Positions 9,904 through 18,517 of a stretch of 64,000 bases of DNA are shown piece after piece; within the stretch, counting starts at the first letter, position 1, and the number at the start of each line of letters is the position of its first letter. The translations under genes were made by a program, and so were the position numbers. The stretch lies in sequence record NC_041974.1, one strand, 5' to 3'. Below the pieces are notes generated by a model that worked only from the letters and a program-made list of their open reading frames with translations, was not told the origin of the DNA and did not search any database.

Positions 9904-9971
9904 GTTCTTATCTGGTCGGTCAGATCGACTCGAAAGTGGACGCCAACGATTTCGACGATTTCCAACTGTAA
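9888..9971 (+). pseudogene. Displaced second copy of the nrdB 3' end (27 codons)
   Basis: Reads [27 protein letters not shown]-stop versus [27 protein letters not shown]-stop at 8929..9012; both 84 nt. Confidence 0.9.
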
Positions 9972-9978
9972 CTGCCAG

Positions 9979-10002
9979 GCACCCATGCTTCGGTGTGGGT
10001 GC
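9979..10002 (+). terminator. Hairpin behind the displaced nrdB end
   Basis: GCACCCATGC-TTCG-GTGTGGGTGC. Confidence 0.6.
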
Positions 10003-10019
10003 TGTATAAAGGAGGATGT

Positions 10020-10616
10020 ATGGATGTAGGGCAACGCAATGTCCAGATCTCAGATCAGTATGAGATTATCGGCATGGCGGGTGTAAACTACCTGCCTTTA
10101 AAGAAGTCTTCCTCCGATACATACCGCGTGGTGTTGTGTCGGTTGGATGGGTTAGGGCGTGACAACACTAACTTGCATTATGACATCGATGATGCTTTTA
10201 CTGACCACTACCGCTTTATCACCCAGCAACTCCCCTTTGCCGAATTTGATGGTAGGGATCGTGTCACCACACTCATGCAGAACTGGCAAGGCAAAGCAAC
10301 CACCGAGATCATTGACAACATCTTTAGTTCAATTGATCCCGACGCAGGTGCCTTTACGCTAGAAAGCATCAGTGTGGAAAACGGTTACCTTTATGGCGAG
10401 GTCAGATTAGCCAATAGCATTGTGGGAACGAATCTCTCCATGATGCTGAACCATCCACGTCCCGATCAGGCGGCCATGATCTTTGGTGTTCGCTATCTGT
10501 CCGTCAATACCAGGCTTGACGGCCTGCAGTATGCTGACGTCAAGAAGATCTGTGCGTATGACGTGAATATCGTCAGCGAAACCGAATTAACCCAACGTCG
10601 TAACGGCGTGAAATAA
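10020..10616 (+). CDS. Hypothetical protein, weak resemblance to prohead protease fold
   Basis: AGGAGG RBS before ATG 10020; LYGEVRL..FGVRY..KKICAYDV. Confidence 0.7.
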   Translation: MDVGQRNVQISDQYEIIGMAGVNYLPLKKSSSDTYRVVLCRLDGLGRDNTNLHYDIDDAFTDHYRFITQQLPFAEFDGRDRVTTLMQNWQGKATTEIIDNIFSSIDPDAGAFTLESISVENGYLYGEVRLANSIVGTNLSMMLNHPRPDQAAMIFGVRYLSVNTRLDGLQYADVKKICAYDVNIVSETELTQRRNGVK

Positions 10617-10650
10617 TGAACCGTTTAAAAGGTGCTGTGAGAGCCTATAA

Positions 10651-11268
10651 ATGAAAAGAACAAAAAATATAAAGCTTGATCGTTTTCGTAAGGCATGGAA
10701 ATTTAAGAAGGTTACGCTGGCATTGATGGTGGTAACCGGATCGTTTTACCTGGTGGCGTGCGATGAGCCGCGGGACCAGCAAGTGCAGATGTATCAGAAT
10801 GCGGATGATTGTGGTCGTGCGCGCCCGCAAGACAAGCAGCACTGTTCTGATGCGTACAATAACGCCCTGCGTGAATCTGAGCGTACTGCCCCGCGTTACG
10901 GATCGAAAGGAGATTGTGATGCCGAGTTTGGCTCTGACAACTGCTACCAATCCACGGCCCATAGCCCGACCTGGATGCCTTACATGGGCGGGTACATGTA
11001 CGGACGCAACGGGAGTTACGCACAACCGTTGTATTCCTCACGGGTAACGTCAAGTCCTGCCTATCACCGCTACGTTGATGCTGGCGGGCATAACTACGGT
11101 AGCGCTATCTCTGGACGCTCGATTAATACCACACGCAGCGCGTTAGCGCCCAAGCCTGCAGTCACTTCAACCATTACCCGTGGCGGATTCGGTGCAACTG
11201 TGGCACACATGAGTAGTTCCCATTCTTCGTCCAGTCACAGCAGTGGCGGACATTCATCTGGCGGTTAA
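10651..11268 (+). CDS. ygiB: DUF1190/UPF0441 lipoprotein, YgiB-like
   Basis: MKRTK..FRK.W N-terminus; lipobox LVAC; YQNADDC, AYNNAL.E.ERTAP.Y, DC.AEFG; TITRGGFG and Ser/Gly tail. Confidence 0.9.
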   Translation: MKRTKNIKLDRFRKAWKFKKVTLALMVVTGSFYLVACDEPRDQQVQMYQNADDCGRARPQDKQHCSDAYNNALRESERTAPRYGSKGDCDAEFGSDNCYQSTAHSPTWMPYMGGYMYGRNGSYAQPLYSSRVTSSPAYHRYVDAGGHNYGSAISGRSINTTRSALAPKPAVTSTITRGGFGATVAHMSSSHSSSSHSSGGHSSGG

Positions 11269-11277
11269 GGAGCAGTA

Positions 11278-11799
11278 ATGCAAATCCCCGGTATGCCAAC
11301 TTCATTTGAAGAGCTGTGCAGTATCGTTGTTAAACTCGGGTTAGTTGACGCCTCGGTTGAAAAGACCACTGAACTTTTGTGGCAGTCTGTCGAAGACCAT
11401 GGTTACACCCATCGGTGGGATGATCCAGATCAAGAGATGACGTCAACAGAACGTTGGTTCAGCCGAGCAGAAGAGTTGAAAATGACGTTCCATGGTGATG
11501 TTGTCGCCATGCTAGTTGATTGGTCAATCATGACGGGTCGTATGGATCAGTACCATAATGACATTGATTATCAGCAACATTGTCGCAACTGGCTGGCTTC
11601 GCACATCAGTGTTAAGCTGCAGCTCGATGATGAAGGCGTCACTGAAACAACTCTACATCCGCCAACCTATCGCTACCTTCAAGGCGGCAAGATCTTTGTC
11701 ATCAATGCAGCGACTTCTGGTAACGGCGGCGGCATCAACTATTACACCATGTCATTAGAGGAGTACGTGAAGTACATTAAAACGCAACCGGTTATTTAA
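11278..11799 (+). CDS. Hypothetical protein
   Basis: AAGGAG RBS. Confidence 0.8.
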   Translation: MQIPGMPTSFEELCSIVVKLGLVDASVEKTTELLWQSVEDHGYTHRWDDPDQEMTSTERWFSRAEELKMTFHGDVVAMLVDWSIMTGRMDQYHNDIDYQQHCRNWLASHISVKLQLDDEGVTETTLHPPTYRYLQGGKIFVINAATSGNGGGINYYTMSLEEYVKYIKTQPVI

Positions 11800-11832
11800 T
11801 GTAAGAGCCCGCTATCAGTAGGAGAGTTACGT

Positions 11833-12135
11833 ATGGCGAACAAAAGTGTTATCGGCGTGATCAAATACAGTCGGGTGGACAGCAAAGACACCTGGACCGT
11901 CTACCAGCACGGTAAACACGTTGAGCTTTTCCAGAAAGCTTTCCAGCATCCCATCGAGGCGTTTAAGCTTCGGGATATTTCCAAAGTAGGTCGGCCTGAA
12001 GTCAGTCATGTCTCGGGTCATTATCCGATCGTTGATAACCCCAGTATCCGCGTCTTCTACGAAGATGGCAGTATCGGCGTGGGTGCTGGCGCGTTAATCA
12101 ATATCATGTTGCAGCAGTACCAATTAACGGAGTAA
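11833..12135 (+). CDS. Hypothetical protein
   Basis: AGGAG RBS; 4 nt upstream of higA-like gene. Confidence 0.75.
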   Translation: MANKSVIGVIKYSRVDSKDTWTVYQHGKHVELFQKAFQHPIEAFKLRDISKVGRPEVSHVSGHYPIVDNPSIRVFYEDGSIGVGAGALINIMLQQYQLTE

Positions 12136-12139
12136 CGTC

Positions 12140-12430
12140 ATGGGTAAAGTCAAAGAGATTTTGTATGGTCGTCGCGGTAGCACGGCCGGTGAGATTCTTA
12201 AGTTAGAATACATGGAGCCGTTAAACCTCACCGTCGATGAAACAGCAAAGAAGCTGAAAGTTGCAAAGTCTACCATCAGCCGGATTATTAATGGCCGTTG
12301 CCGCTTGAGCAAGCCCCTTGCCACCAAACTTGCCAAAGCGTTCGCCACTACGCCGGAATACTGGATGAACTTTGCCGACAACTGCACCAACCCCTATCCA
12401 AACTTACGGGCCAAGGGCTGGTACAGATGA
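12140..12430 (+). CDS. higA: HigA-family XRE helix-turn-helix protein (antitoxin-like)
   Basis: GEILKLEYMEPLNLT..AKKLKVAKSTISRIING..LATKLAKAFATTPEYWMN. Confidence 0.8.
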   Translation: MGKVKEILYGRRGSTAGEILKLEYMEPLNLTVDETAKKLKVAKSTISRIINGRCRLSKPLATKLAKAFATTPEYWMNFADNCTNPYPNLRAKGWYR

Positions 12431-12648
12431 ACATCGCTGAACCCATCTATGAGGTGGAAGTCGGCAAAACATATCTGTCACCTTCGGGCTTGCCGTTCGA
12501 AGTGTTGTTCTTGGCCGCCCATGGTCAGGACTGCACGGTACCGATGGTGGTATACCGCAACCTCACCCCGACGTACGACAAACCTGCAGGGCAGATCTGG
12601 ACCACATCGGAGTCACTCTTTCTAACACAATTCCGCGTGCCTGCGTGA
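12427..12648 (+). CDS. DUF1653-like small protein
   Basis: ATGA overlap with the higA stop; GKTY..FEVLFLAAH..PMVVYRNL..IW..F. Confidence 0.65.
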   Translation: MNIAEPIYEVEVGKTYLSPSGLPFEVLFLAAHGQDCTVPMVVYRNLTPTYDKPAGQIWTTSESLFLTQFRVPA

Positions 12649-12692
12649 TGCTATGGCGGTAACTGACCGTCTATCACTACAGAGGCAAGCGC

Positions 12693-12998
12693 ATGTCTAC
12701 GAACGAGAACTTTCATGTATCCGATCAGGCGATTATCGATGCCATCCTGGAATACACCCGTAACGGGAAAGAGCCAGCTGTAGTCAAGTACGACCCCGAT
12801 GGCCCTGAAGCAGAACGCATGAGTCAGGAGCATCGGATTGTCACCTGGTTTCAAGACATCCGTACCATTGTTGACGCGGTATGTCAACGTCCAGGTTTCT
12901 CCGGGCTTAACGTGCTGAAGATCGCAACCCGTGCTATGGAACAGGATATCATAGCACAGTCAGCGGGACCGGCATCGCCTATTAACCCTGAACTGTAG
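12693..12998 (+). CDS. Hypothetical protein
   Basis: AGAGG RBS. Confidence 0.7.
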   Translation: MSTNENFHVSDQAIIDAILEYTRNGKEPAVVKYDPDGPEAERMSQEHRIVTWFQDIRTIVDAVCQRPGFSGLNVLKIATRAMEQDIIAQSAGPASPINPEL

Positions 12999-13019
12999 AA
13001 AATAAGAAGACTTTCACAC

Positions 13020-13277
13020 ATGCAATTAAAAGACCTGCTTACCTGCATTCGCCCTGGTGATGTTATCACCAATACCGCCTGGCCACAGGGACGGACCTTT
13101 ACCGTCTCAACGGAGTTCATGAAGTTTCATACCGGTCGTGGTATGGATGTTCATGAACGCAATTCATGCCCAGATGGCGCGTGGCACGGTTGGTCGGTAG
13201 CAAACAAATATGCCACCGTACTTAACCGTCGTGCAGTAGCGCAATCCCACAACCCGATCAAAGAGGACGTTTCATGA
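13020..13277 (+). CDS. Hypothetical protein
   Basis: ATGA overlap with next gene. Confidence 0.7.
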   Translation: MQLKDLLTCIRPGDVITNTAWPQGRTFTVSTEFMKFHTGRGMDVHERNSCPDGAWHGWSVANKYATVLNRRAVAQSHNPIKEDVS

Positions 13278-13675
13278 TTACCATTACGGACATGCACGAT
13301 GAAGAAGGGTTCACTGACGAAAAGAAAGATGCGTTAGTGAAGCTTCTGCCAGAAGACAACAACGGTCTTGCACACACCTATCGTTTTACTGATGGTGCTG
13401 AAGAGAACCCGTTTGAAGGCTTCCTGATCATCGGCGCACCAACGCTGGTTTATCACTTTATCCGCACCGGTAAGAATGACGCGGGTGAAGCGGAAGAGGC
13501 CTACCTGGGTCAATACGTCCCAACGGTCGATGGCGGCGTTATGCCAGAGAACGGTCTGGGCCAGAACCTGAGCGACAACGTGGGTACCCGCGTGGCAGAG
13601 TTCGAATCTGTTATCCGTGGCTTCCACCGTAAAGTGCTCGAGCGTCTGGGTCAGCCAGTGCCTGGCGCACGGTAA
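13274..13675 (+). CDS. Hypothetical protein, paralogue of 14690..15088
   Basis: AGAGGA RBS; shared YxFxDG..FxGFL.I..P.L.Y, PEN and RVAxF motifs. Confidence 0.8.
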   Translation: MITITDMHDEEGFTDEKKDALVKLLPEDNNGLAHTYRFTDGAEENPFEGFLIIGAPTLVYHFIRTGKNDAGEAEEAYLGQYVPTVDGGVMPENGLGQNLSDNVGTRVAEFESVIRGFHRKVLERLGQPVPGAR

Positions 13676-13681
13676 GATGAC

Positions 13682-13723
13682 ACCCGGGGGTTCTCCCCGG
13701 GTTTTATGCCGTCTTTTTTTTTT
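13682..13723 (+). terminator. Hairpin, TTTATGCC, then T10
   Basis: ACCCGGGG-GTTCT-CCCCGGGT-TTTATGCCGTC-T10. Confidence 0.8.
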
Positions 13724-13779
13724 GTTACAGATTACATAGATGGTACTTATTATACACCACTACTGAAAAGGAATACATC

Positions 13780-14685
13780 ATGTCTGAGCAAGCCGCTGTA
13801 AAACCGAAGAATTATACCAACCTGACTGTCACCATCGCCGGTAATGATCCGGTTGCCGCCACTGCTGTTGCCAGTGCGTTATCAACGTACCTGAACGAAA
13901 AGGGTCTGGCCGGTCGTCGTCTGGGTGAGAATGCTATCGCTCCTGACTTCGCCGTGCAATCTGTTGAAGGTCTGGCTGCTGACCAGAACAACAGTGTAAA
14001 CGTTTCTGTTGATATCCTGACTATGGAATCCCTGCAGGGCAGAACGCAGGTCTGGGATTGGCCAACCTGGGGTGACAGCGAACAACCCTGGACCGCGCTG
14101 GTCGGTGACGAACTGCGTAACCTCTGGTCAACGTTCTCCGGTGTGCAGAAACGCGCTATCTATAAAAGCCTGTCGGCACTGAACATCGTGGTGGATGGCG
14201 ATGAGATGACCGAAGAGAAAGCACAGGAGATCATCAACAACTCTGAAGTTTATGTTGATCTGCGTGATGTGCGTAACGACGGCAGTTATAACCGTGTGCT
14301 GATTGACGGCGCTGCGACCATTGAAGAGCTTGATGCCATCAAGTTCATCTTCCAGACCGCACGTGAAGGCAACCCAGTCACGCACGAAGACATCACACTG
14401 CAACAGCAGCAGGATGCCAGCAACGGCGCGCATGCAGCACCTGAACTGCCGGATGGTCGTGAGACACCAGAGATGCCGGATACTCTCGAACCGCTGGCCA
14501 GTCCGGAATACAACCCGGAAGACTTAGAGCCGGGCACAGGCATTCCTGCTGTAAACCCAACCGACCCTTCGCTGGCGCCACAAACCAAACAGCAGGCTGT
14601 GTCGTTTGATAACAGCGACAAAGCTACCCTGGCTGCTGCACCTACTTCAGGAACCGTCCGTCCATCCGACGACATGGGAGACTAA
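13780..14685 (+). CDS. Acidic hypothetical protein with Pro-rich disordered C-terminus
   Basis: AAGGA RBS; 301 aa. Confidence 0.8.
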   Translation: MSEQAAVKPKNYTNLTVTIAGNDPVAATAVASALSTYLNEKGLAGRRLGENAIAPDFAVQSVEGLAADQNNSVNVSVDILTMESLQGRTQVWDWPTWGDSEQPWTALVGDELRNLWSTFSGVQKRAIYKSLSALNIVVDGDEMTEEKAQEIINNSEVYVDLRDVRNDGSYNRVLIDGAATIEELDAIKFIFQTAREGNPVTHEDITLQQQQDASNGAHAAPELPDGRETPEMPDTLEPLASPEYNPEDLEPGTGIPAVNPTDPSLAPQTKQQAVSFDNSDKATLAAAPTSGTVRPSDDMGD

Positions 14686-14689
14686 GTCA

Positions 14690-15088
14690 ATGCTACCGAA
14701 GTCTGAACCAATCTCCATCTTCAGCGTCTCGAGTGTTCAACTGACCGAAGCGTCAGAAGCGCACTTTCGTAAAGAGCTGAACGAGGCAGATACCATTCAC
14801 TCTGTCTACGCCTTTAAAGATGGCTCGCAATTCGGTGCCCGCTTTAATGGCTTTCTGGTGATTACCGGCCCTATCCTGGCGTACCAGCTGTTCCGGGGCA
14901 GTGAACTGGAGTCGTCTGAGTTTGTCGGCACCTTTATGTACGGTGAAGGCGGGGAGGCGATTATCCCAGAGAACGTTAAAACGGTGTTCAGTCAATATGA
15001 CCGTAACCGAGTGGCCCAGTTTAAGGCATTAGCCCAAGCACTGCACTCAGCGGTCACTGACCACATCAAAGGGGTACGGCGTGACTGA
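14690..15088 (+). CDS. Hypothetical protein, paralogue of 13274..13675
   Basis: GGGAG RBS before ATG 14690. Confidence 0.75.
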   Translation: MLPKSEPISIFSVSSVQLTEASEAHFRKELNEADTIHSVYAFKDGSQFGARFNGFLVITGPILAYQLFRGSELESSEFVGTFMYGEGGEAIIPENVKTVFSQYDRNRVAQFKALAQALHSAVTDHIKGVRRD

Positions 15089-15785
15089 CAGCACTTCAAC
15101 ACCAGAAGTAGCGACGGCACTGCCGGCGTTTAAAGGGGTGTTGGGTGAACAGGTAAAAGGCTTCGGAGCAAGCCAGCTTACCGGCTGGCACATTGTGGTC
15201 GCTGATCCGACTGACCTGCCAAAGGGGGCGCAAGAAGGCCTCAGTGCTTTGGTGGGTCGCTCCAGCATCTTTACCTATCTCGGTGCCCGCTGGGTATTTG
15301 ACAGTATCGGCACCGGTTACCTGCAACGCACCCGTATGGTCATTGACCCTGATACGGTTAACATCGAACAGATTGAAGACCGGTCTGCTCAACACGGTAT
15401 CGTCCGGGGAAGTGAAGATCGTCGAGAGTGGAACCTGGGTAACTGGGTCGCACACCTCGGGGGTCGCATCAACCGGGATAGCTACCTGGAGTTCGGTAGT
15501 CTGTATGCATTAGATCAGATGATCAATCAGATGCATAAATTGATGTTTCGCACCAAAGATGATGAGCTGAAGATTCACATCGTGGGCGGGTCACCTGATG
15601 ATCAAAAAGTTATTGCCCTGCTGATTGGCGGTGTCTTGGACGACTACGATGTCACCCCGAGCACCAGTCTTGGTAAACTCATTGAAGAGGCGTCAGTTAA
15701 TCCCCCTTCAATGGATAGCCTGAATGACACAGCGGACCATTCGTTGCGTCTTAAAATTGAAATTAATATCGTGCCTCGTAACTGA
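15081..15785 (+). CDS. Hypothetical protein
   Basis: Overlaps upstream stop; WVAHLGGR..YLEFGS motif. Confidence 0.8.
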   Translation: MTDSTSTPEVATALPAFKGVLGEQVKGFGASQLTGWHIVVADPTDLPKGAQEGLSALVGRSSIFTYLGARWVFDSIGTGYLQRTRMVIDPDTVNIEQIEDRSAQHGIVRGSEDRREWNLGNWVAHLGGRINRDSYLEFGSLYALDQMINQMHKLMFRTKDDELKIHIVGGSPDDQKVIALLIGGVLDDYDVTPSTSLGKLIEEASVNPPSMDSLNDTADHSLRLKIEINIVPRN

Positions 15786-15814
15786 GGCATTATTTCTCGT
15801 CGAAGGAAAAAGAG

Positions 15815-16462
15815 ATGGCTGACATTAACTATTACGAACTGATTCGCAACTGGGGTAAAGCCCGTAACATCATCGGTGGTGGCTCTACCCCGATCGATCA
15901 GTTCATCAAAGGTACCACGGAAGCGGCAGAGCTCTGGGCCAATGTATTGGGTAAAGAACCCGCTAAGCTGAAAGATGACATCGGCGACACCCTGGTCTGT
16001 CTGACGCAGTCTTACGGTATTGCTGGCAGTGTGGTGATTGAAGATGCAGCATCTCATGCTGACCAGTACCTGGCATCGCTGCGTAAAGATTACGAAGCCT
16101 ACGGCGAATGGGCACTGAAACGTTTTGCCCTGAAAGTGCTGCGTAGCATGTCTGATATCTCGACGCAGATTGAACACGCCCAGTTCGAAGCTGACCGCCA
16201 TTGCCCGGATCGTCTGTTTGATGAAACTGCAGAGCTGGTAGCCGTCCTGACGGTGATTGCAGAGAACCAGGGCTGGACGCTGGAAGAGTGTCTGGAAGAA
16301 GCGTACAACGACATCAAAGACCGTAAAGGTGTGATGTTCAACGGTGGCTTCGTAAAAGAAGCGAGCCTGTCAGTTGAGCGCGCGCAAGAGATGCTGGCCT
16401 CTGGTACCGTCGGTGGCGTGGGTGCAGAATACCTGAACGGTTATATCAGCGCAAACAGCTAA
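15815..16462 (+). CDS. MazG-like nucleotide pyrophosphohydrolase
   Basis: IRNWGKARNI, EAAEL..LKDDIGDTLV and ECLEEAYNDIKDRKG..NGGFVKE. Confidence 0.85.
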   Translation: MADINYYELIRNWGKARNIIGGGSTPIDQFIKGTTEAAELWANVLGKEPAKLKDDIGDTLVCLTQSYGIAGSVVIEDAASHADQYLASLRKDYEAYGEWALKRFALKVLRSMSDISTQIEHAQFEADRHCPDRLFDETAELVAVLTVIAENQGWTLEECLEEAYNDIKDRKGVMFNGGFVKEASLSVERAQEMLASGTVGGVGAEYLNGYISANS

Positions 16463-16479
16463 CTGTAAATAAAGCTAAA

Positions 16480-16498
16480 CCTACATTACCTAAGGGAT
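16480..16498 (+). promoter_or_regulatory. Putative phage early promoter overlapping a hairpin
   Basis: CCTACATTAC-ctaa-GGGAT. Confidence 0.55.
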
Positions 16499-16522
16499 AG
16501 TGAAAGCTATCCCTTTTATGCC
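16492..16522 (+). terminator. Hairpin followed by TTATGCC
   Basis: AAGGGATAG-TGAAAG-CTATCCCTT-TTATGCC. Confidence 0.7.
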
Positions 16523-16543
16523 AATTATAATTGAGGAGTAAAA

Positions 16544-16924
16544 ATGAAACAGGTTGCTGCTAACGTAAATGTTCTTTCTGTTGATTATCGTTTCGGTGCT
16601 AAACAGATGGAGACCTACGCCAAGTTTATCACTGATGCGTTAACGGCGGGTCGGAAAGTCTTTATCTATGCGGATAAAGAAGCGCGGGCAAAAGTTAACG
16701 AGCTCTTTCCTAACGTCCTCGGTCAGGAGGTGATGGAGAAGGTACTTGTTCGTGCGTACCCTATTAGTGAACTGACTGCGGTTAACGTCGGGCGGGGTAT
16801 GTCCAACATGTCGGCTATCTTCATCAGCGAAACCGGGCGTTATACCGATCTGATCACGAAAACGTTTTCAGTCGTCACCGGTCATGACGCACTGATTGTT
16901 GAATGCAGCGAAGTGGTGGCGTGA
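16544..16924 (+). CDS. Hypothetical protein
   Basis: GAGGAG RBS. Confidence 0.8.
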   Translation: MKQVAANVNVLSVDYRFGAKQMETYAKFITDALTAGRKVFIYADKEARAKVNELFPNVLGQEVMEKVLVRAYPISELTAVNVGRGMSNMSAIFISETGRYTDLITKTFSVVTGHDALIVECSEVVA

Positions 16925-17274
16925 TGTCAAAGGCTAAAGCGGTCTGGGATGATCTCTCATACACCCTGCTCATTCTGGGCGCATGGCTTCTGTATATTGT
17001 CTTTGTTGGCTGGTGTGCTTATCTCTTCCCAGAGAAAACTATCATCAAGAACGACGAGGATTTGCTGGCGTATCAGGAAGGCGACGGGCGTTTCAATCGG
17101 TTTGTTAACGAAGCATTAGAAACGGTGATTGCTGACACGGAATGTTTATATCCCATCACAATCACTAAACGCGGGCATTGGTTCTTTGCCGCAGATATGT
17201 TTACTGTCCAGAATGCCAAATGCATAAGTCAGGTTAGTCTCAATAATAACGTGACGACTACCCCGATCATTTAA
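16924..17274 (+). CDS. Membrane-anchored hypothetical protein
   Basis: Start overlaps upstream TGA; TLLILGAWLLYIVFVGWCAYLF. Confidence 0.7.
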   Translation: MSKAKAVWDDLSYTLLILGAWLLYIVFVGWCAYLFPEKTIIKNDEDLLAYQEGDGRFNRFVNEALETVIADTECLYPITITKRGHWFFAADMFTVQNAKCISQVSLNNNVTTTPII

Positions 17275-17331
17275 CCCTCAAGGGAGGTAATCCCTCCCTA
17301 TCACTCATTAACCTACTTGTGGAGATTTGCC

Positions 17332-17748
17332 ATGACAACGTCGCGTACTGACTTGATTACTAGCCGGATCAAAGAAGCATTGAATGGGGTCCGGGTACAA
17401 ACCAGTGAGCTGTATCATGAATCGACTGATGTCGCATCGTTCGGTGCGGTAAAAACGGTGATGTTCTTTTGGAACGTAGCTGACAATGATTTAACTGCTG
17501 AGATGGTTGAGCGTGAAATCCTGGTCCGACTACAGACCGAGAACATTTACGTGGCCTTTCACAAAACCCGCCGGCGTGAAGGGGAGCGCTTAATCGCAGC
17601 CAGTATTGCCTGTAATCCGAATAACCCGAATTACACCTACGGCAACCTGCGGGGCTTCACCCAGATGTGGCTACAGAAAAGCTTCGGGGCAACGAAAGAA
17701 CGTCTGCAGCAAAAGCAACGTGACAGCAATTTGTTTATTCGTCGTTAA
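17332..17748 (+). CDS. Hypothetical protein
   Basis: GGAG RBS before ATG 17332. Confidence 0.75.
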   Translation: MTTSRTDLITSRIKEALNGVRVQTSELYHESTDVASFGAVKTVMFFWNVADNDLTAEMVEREILVRLQTENIYVAFHKTRRREGERLIAASIACNPNNPNYTYGNLRGFTQMWLQKSFGATKERLQQKQRDSNLFIRR

Positions 17749-17759
17749 TTAAGGAACGC

Positions 17760-18488
17760 GTGATGGATATTGATAATAAAAAGATCTTGGGTTTGGTGTT
17801 GAATGACTTTGTGGACATGTACATGCTACAGCTCAACAACAAGAACCGTGATGCCTGCATCAATGAGTTAAACTCGGGGCTGTGTGGTGTAGCGGCCATG
17901 TGCGTTGGGAATGTCATGCGTGAGCGCTACGGGGCAACTGACATCGACTGGGAGTCACACTGTTTGCACATGTGGCTGGTATTGGACGGCAAACGCTACG
18001 ACACTCTTTATCCGGAAGGTTATGACGTCCCAGTGGTAGATGCCTGGTTACTGAAAGAACAGAAATACAACAGTCATGTCATGGCCGGGGAAAGTGTCAT
18101 CGATATTGAAGATAACAGCGGTTATGTGGCGGGCGGTTGGTGGGATTGTCTCTATCTCATCAAAGGCTGGTATGAACGCTACGGTATGACTCCTCCTGCT
18201 TACGTTAAGCGCATGATGACCAATCTACGCGGTAATCATCTCCATCGCCGAGAGCGTCGTGCAGCACGTCGTTACCAGCTCGTGTTGAAAGCCCCACTTC
18301 CCTCCTTTACCGATGAAGTGCGCACCAATACCGTATTGCCAATGACCCACTATTGGCATGGTGAGTTCGAAGGCAGCCAAGAGCGTGTTCTGGCACGTAA
18401 GCCGGGCATGCCGTCCGTGAAGACCTATAAAAGCTTATTGAAGTATTACCGTGAGAAAGGTGTGCCTGTCACGCAGTACTTCTGTTAA
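17760..18488 (+). CDS. Hypothetical protein with predicted Cys-His-Asp (papain/transglutaminase-like) motif
   Basis: LNSGLCGVAA..HMWLVLDGKRYD; paralogue of 25915..26454. Confidence 0.7.
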   Translation: MMDIDNKKILGLVLNDFVDMYMLQLNNKNRDACINELNSGLCGVAAMCVGNVMRERYGATDIDWESHCLHMWLVLDGKRYDTLYPEGYDVPVVDAWLLKEQKYNSHVMAGESVIDIEDNSGYVAGGWWDCLYLIKGWYERYGMTPPAYVKRMMTNLRGNHLHRRERRAARRYQLVLKAPLPSFTDEVRTNTVLPMTHYWHGEFEGSQERVLARKPGMPSVKTYKSLLKYYREKGVPVTQYFC

Positions 18489-18517
18489 TCAATCATTTAC
18501 TAAGAAGGAAACGATTC

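Noticed and set aside
11833-12135. Calling this gene a HigB toxin
   Set aside because: Position fits but no recognisable RelE/HigB motif; left as hypothetical.
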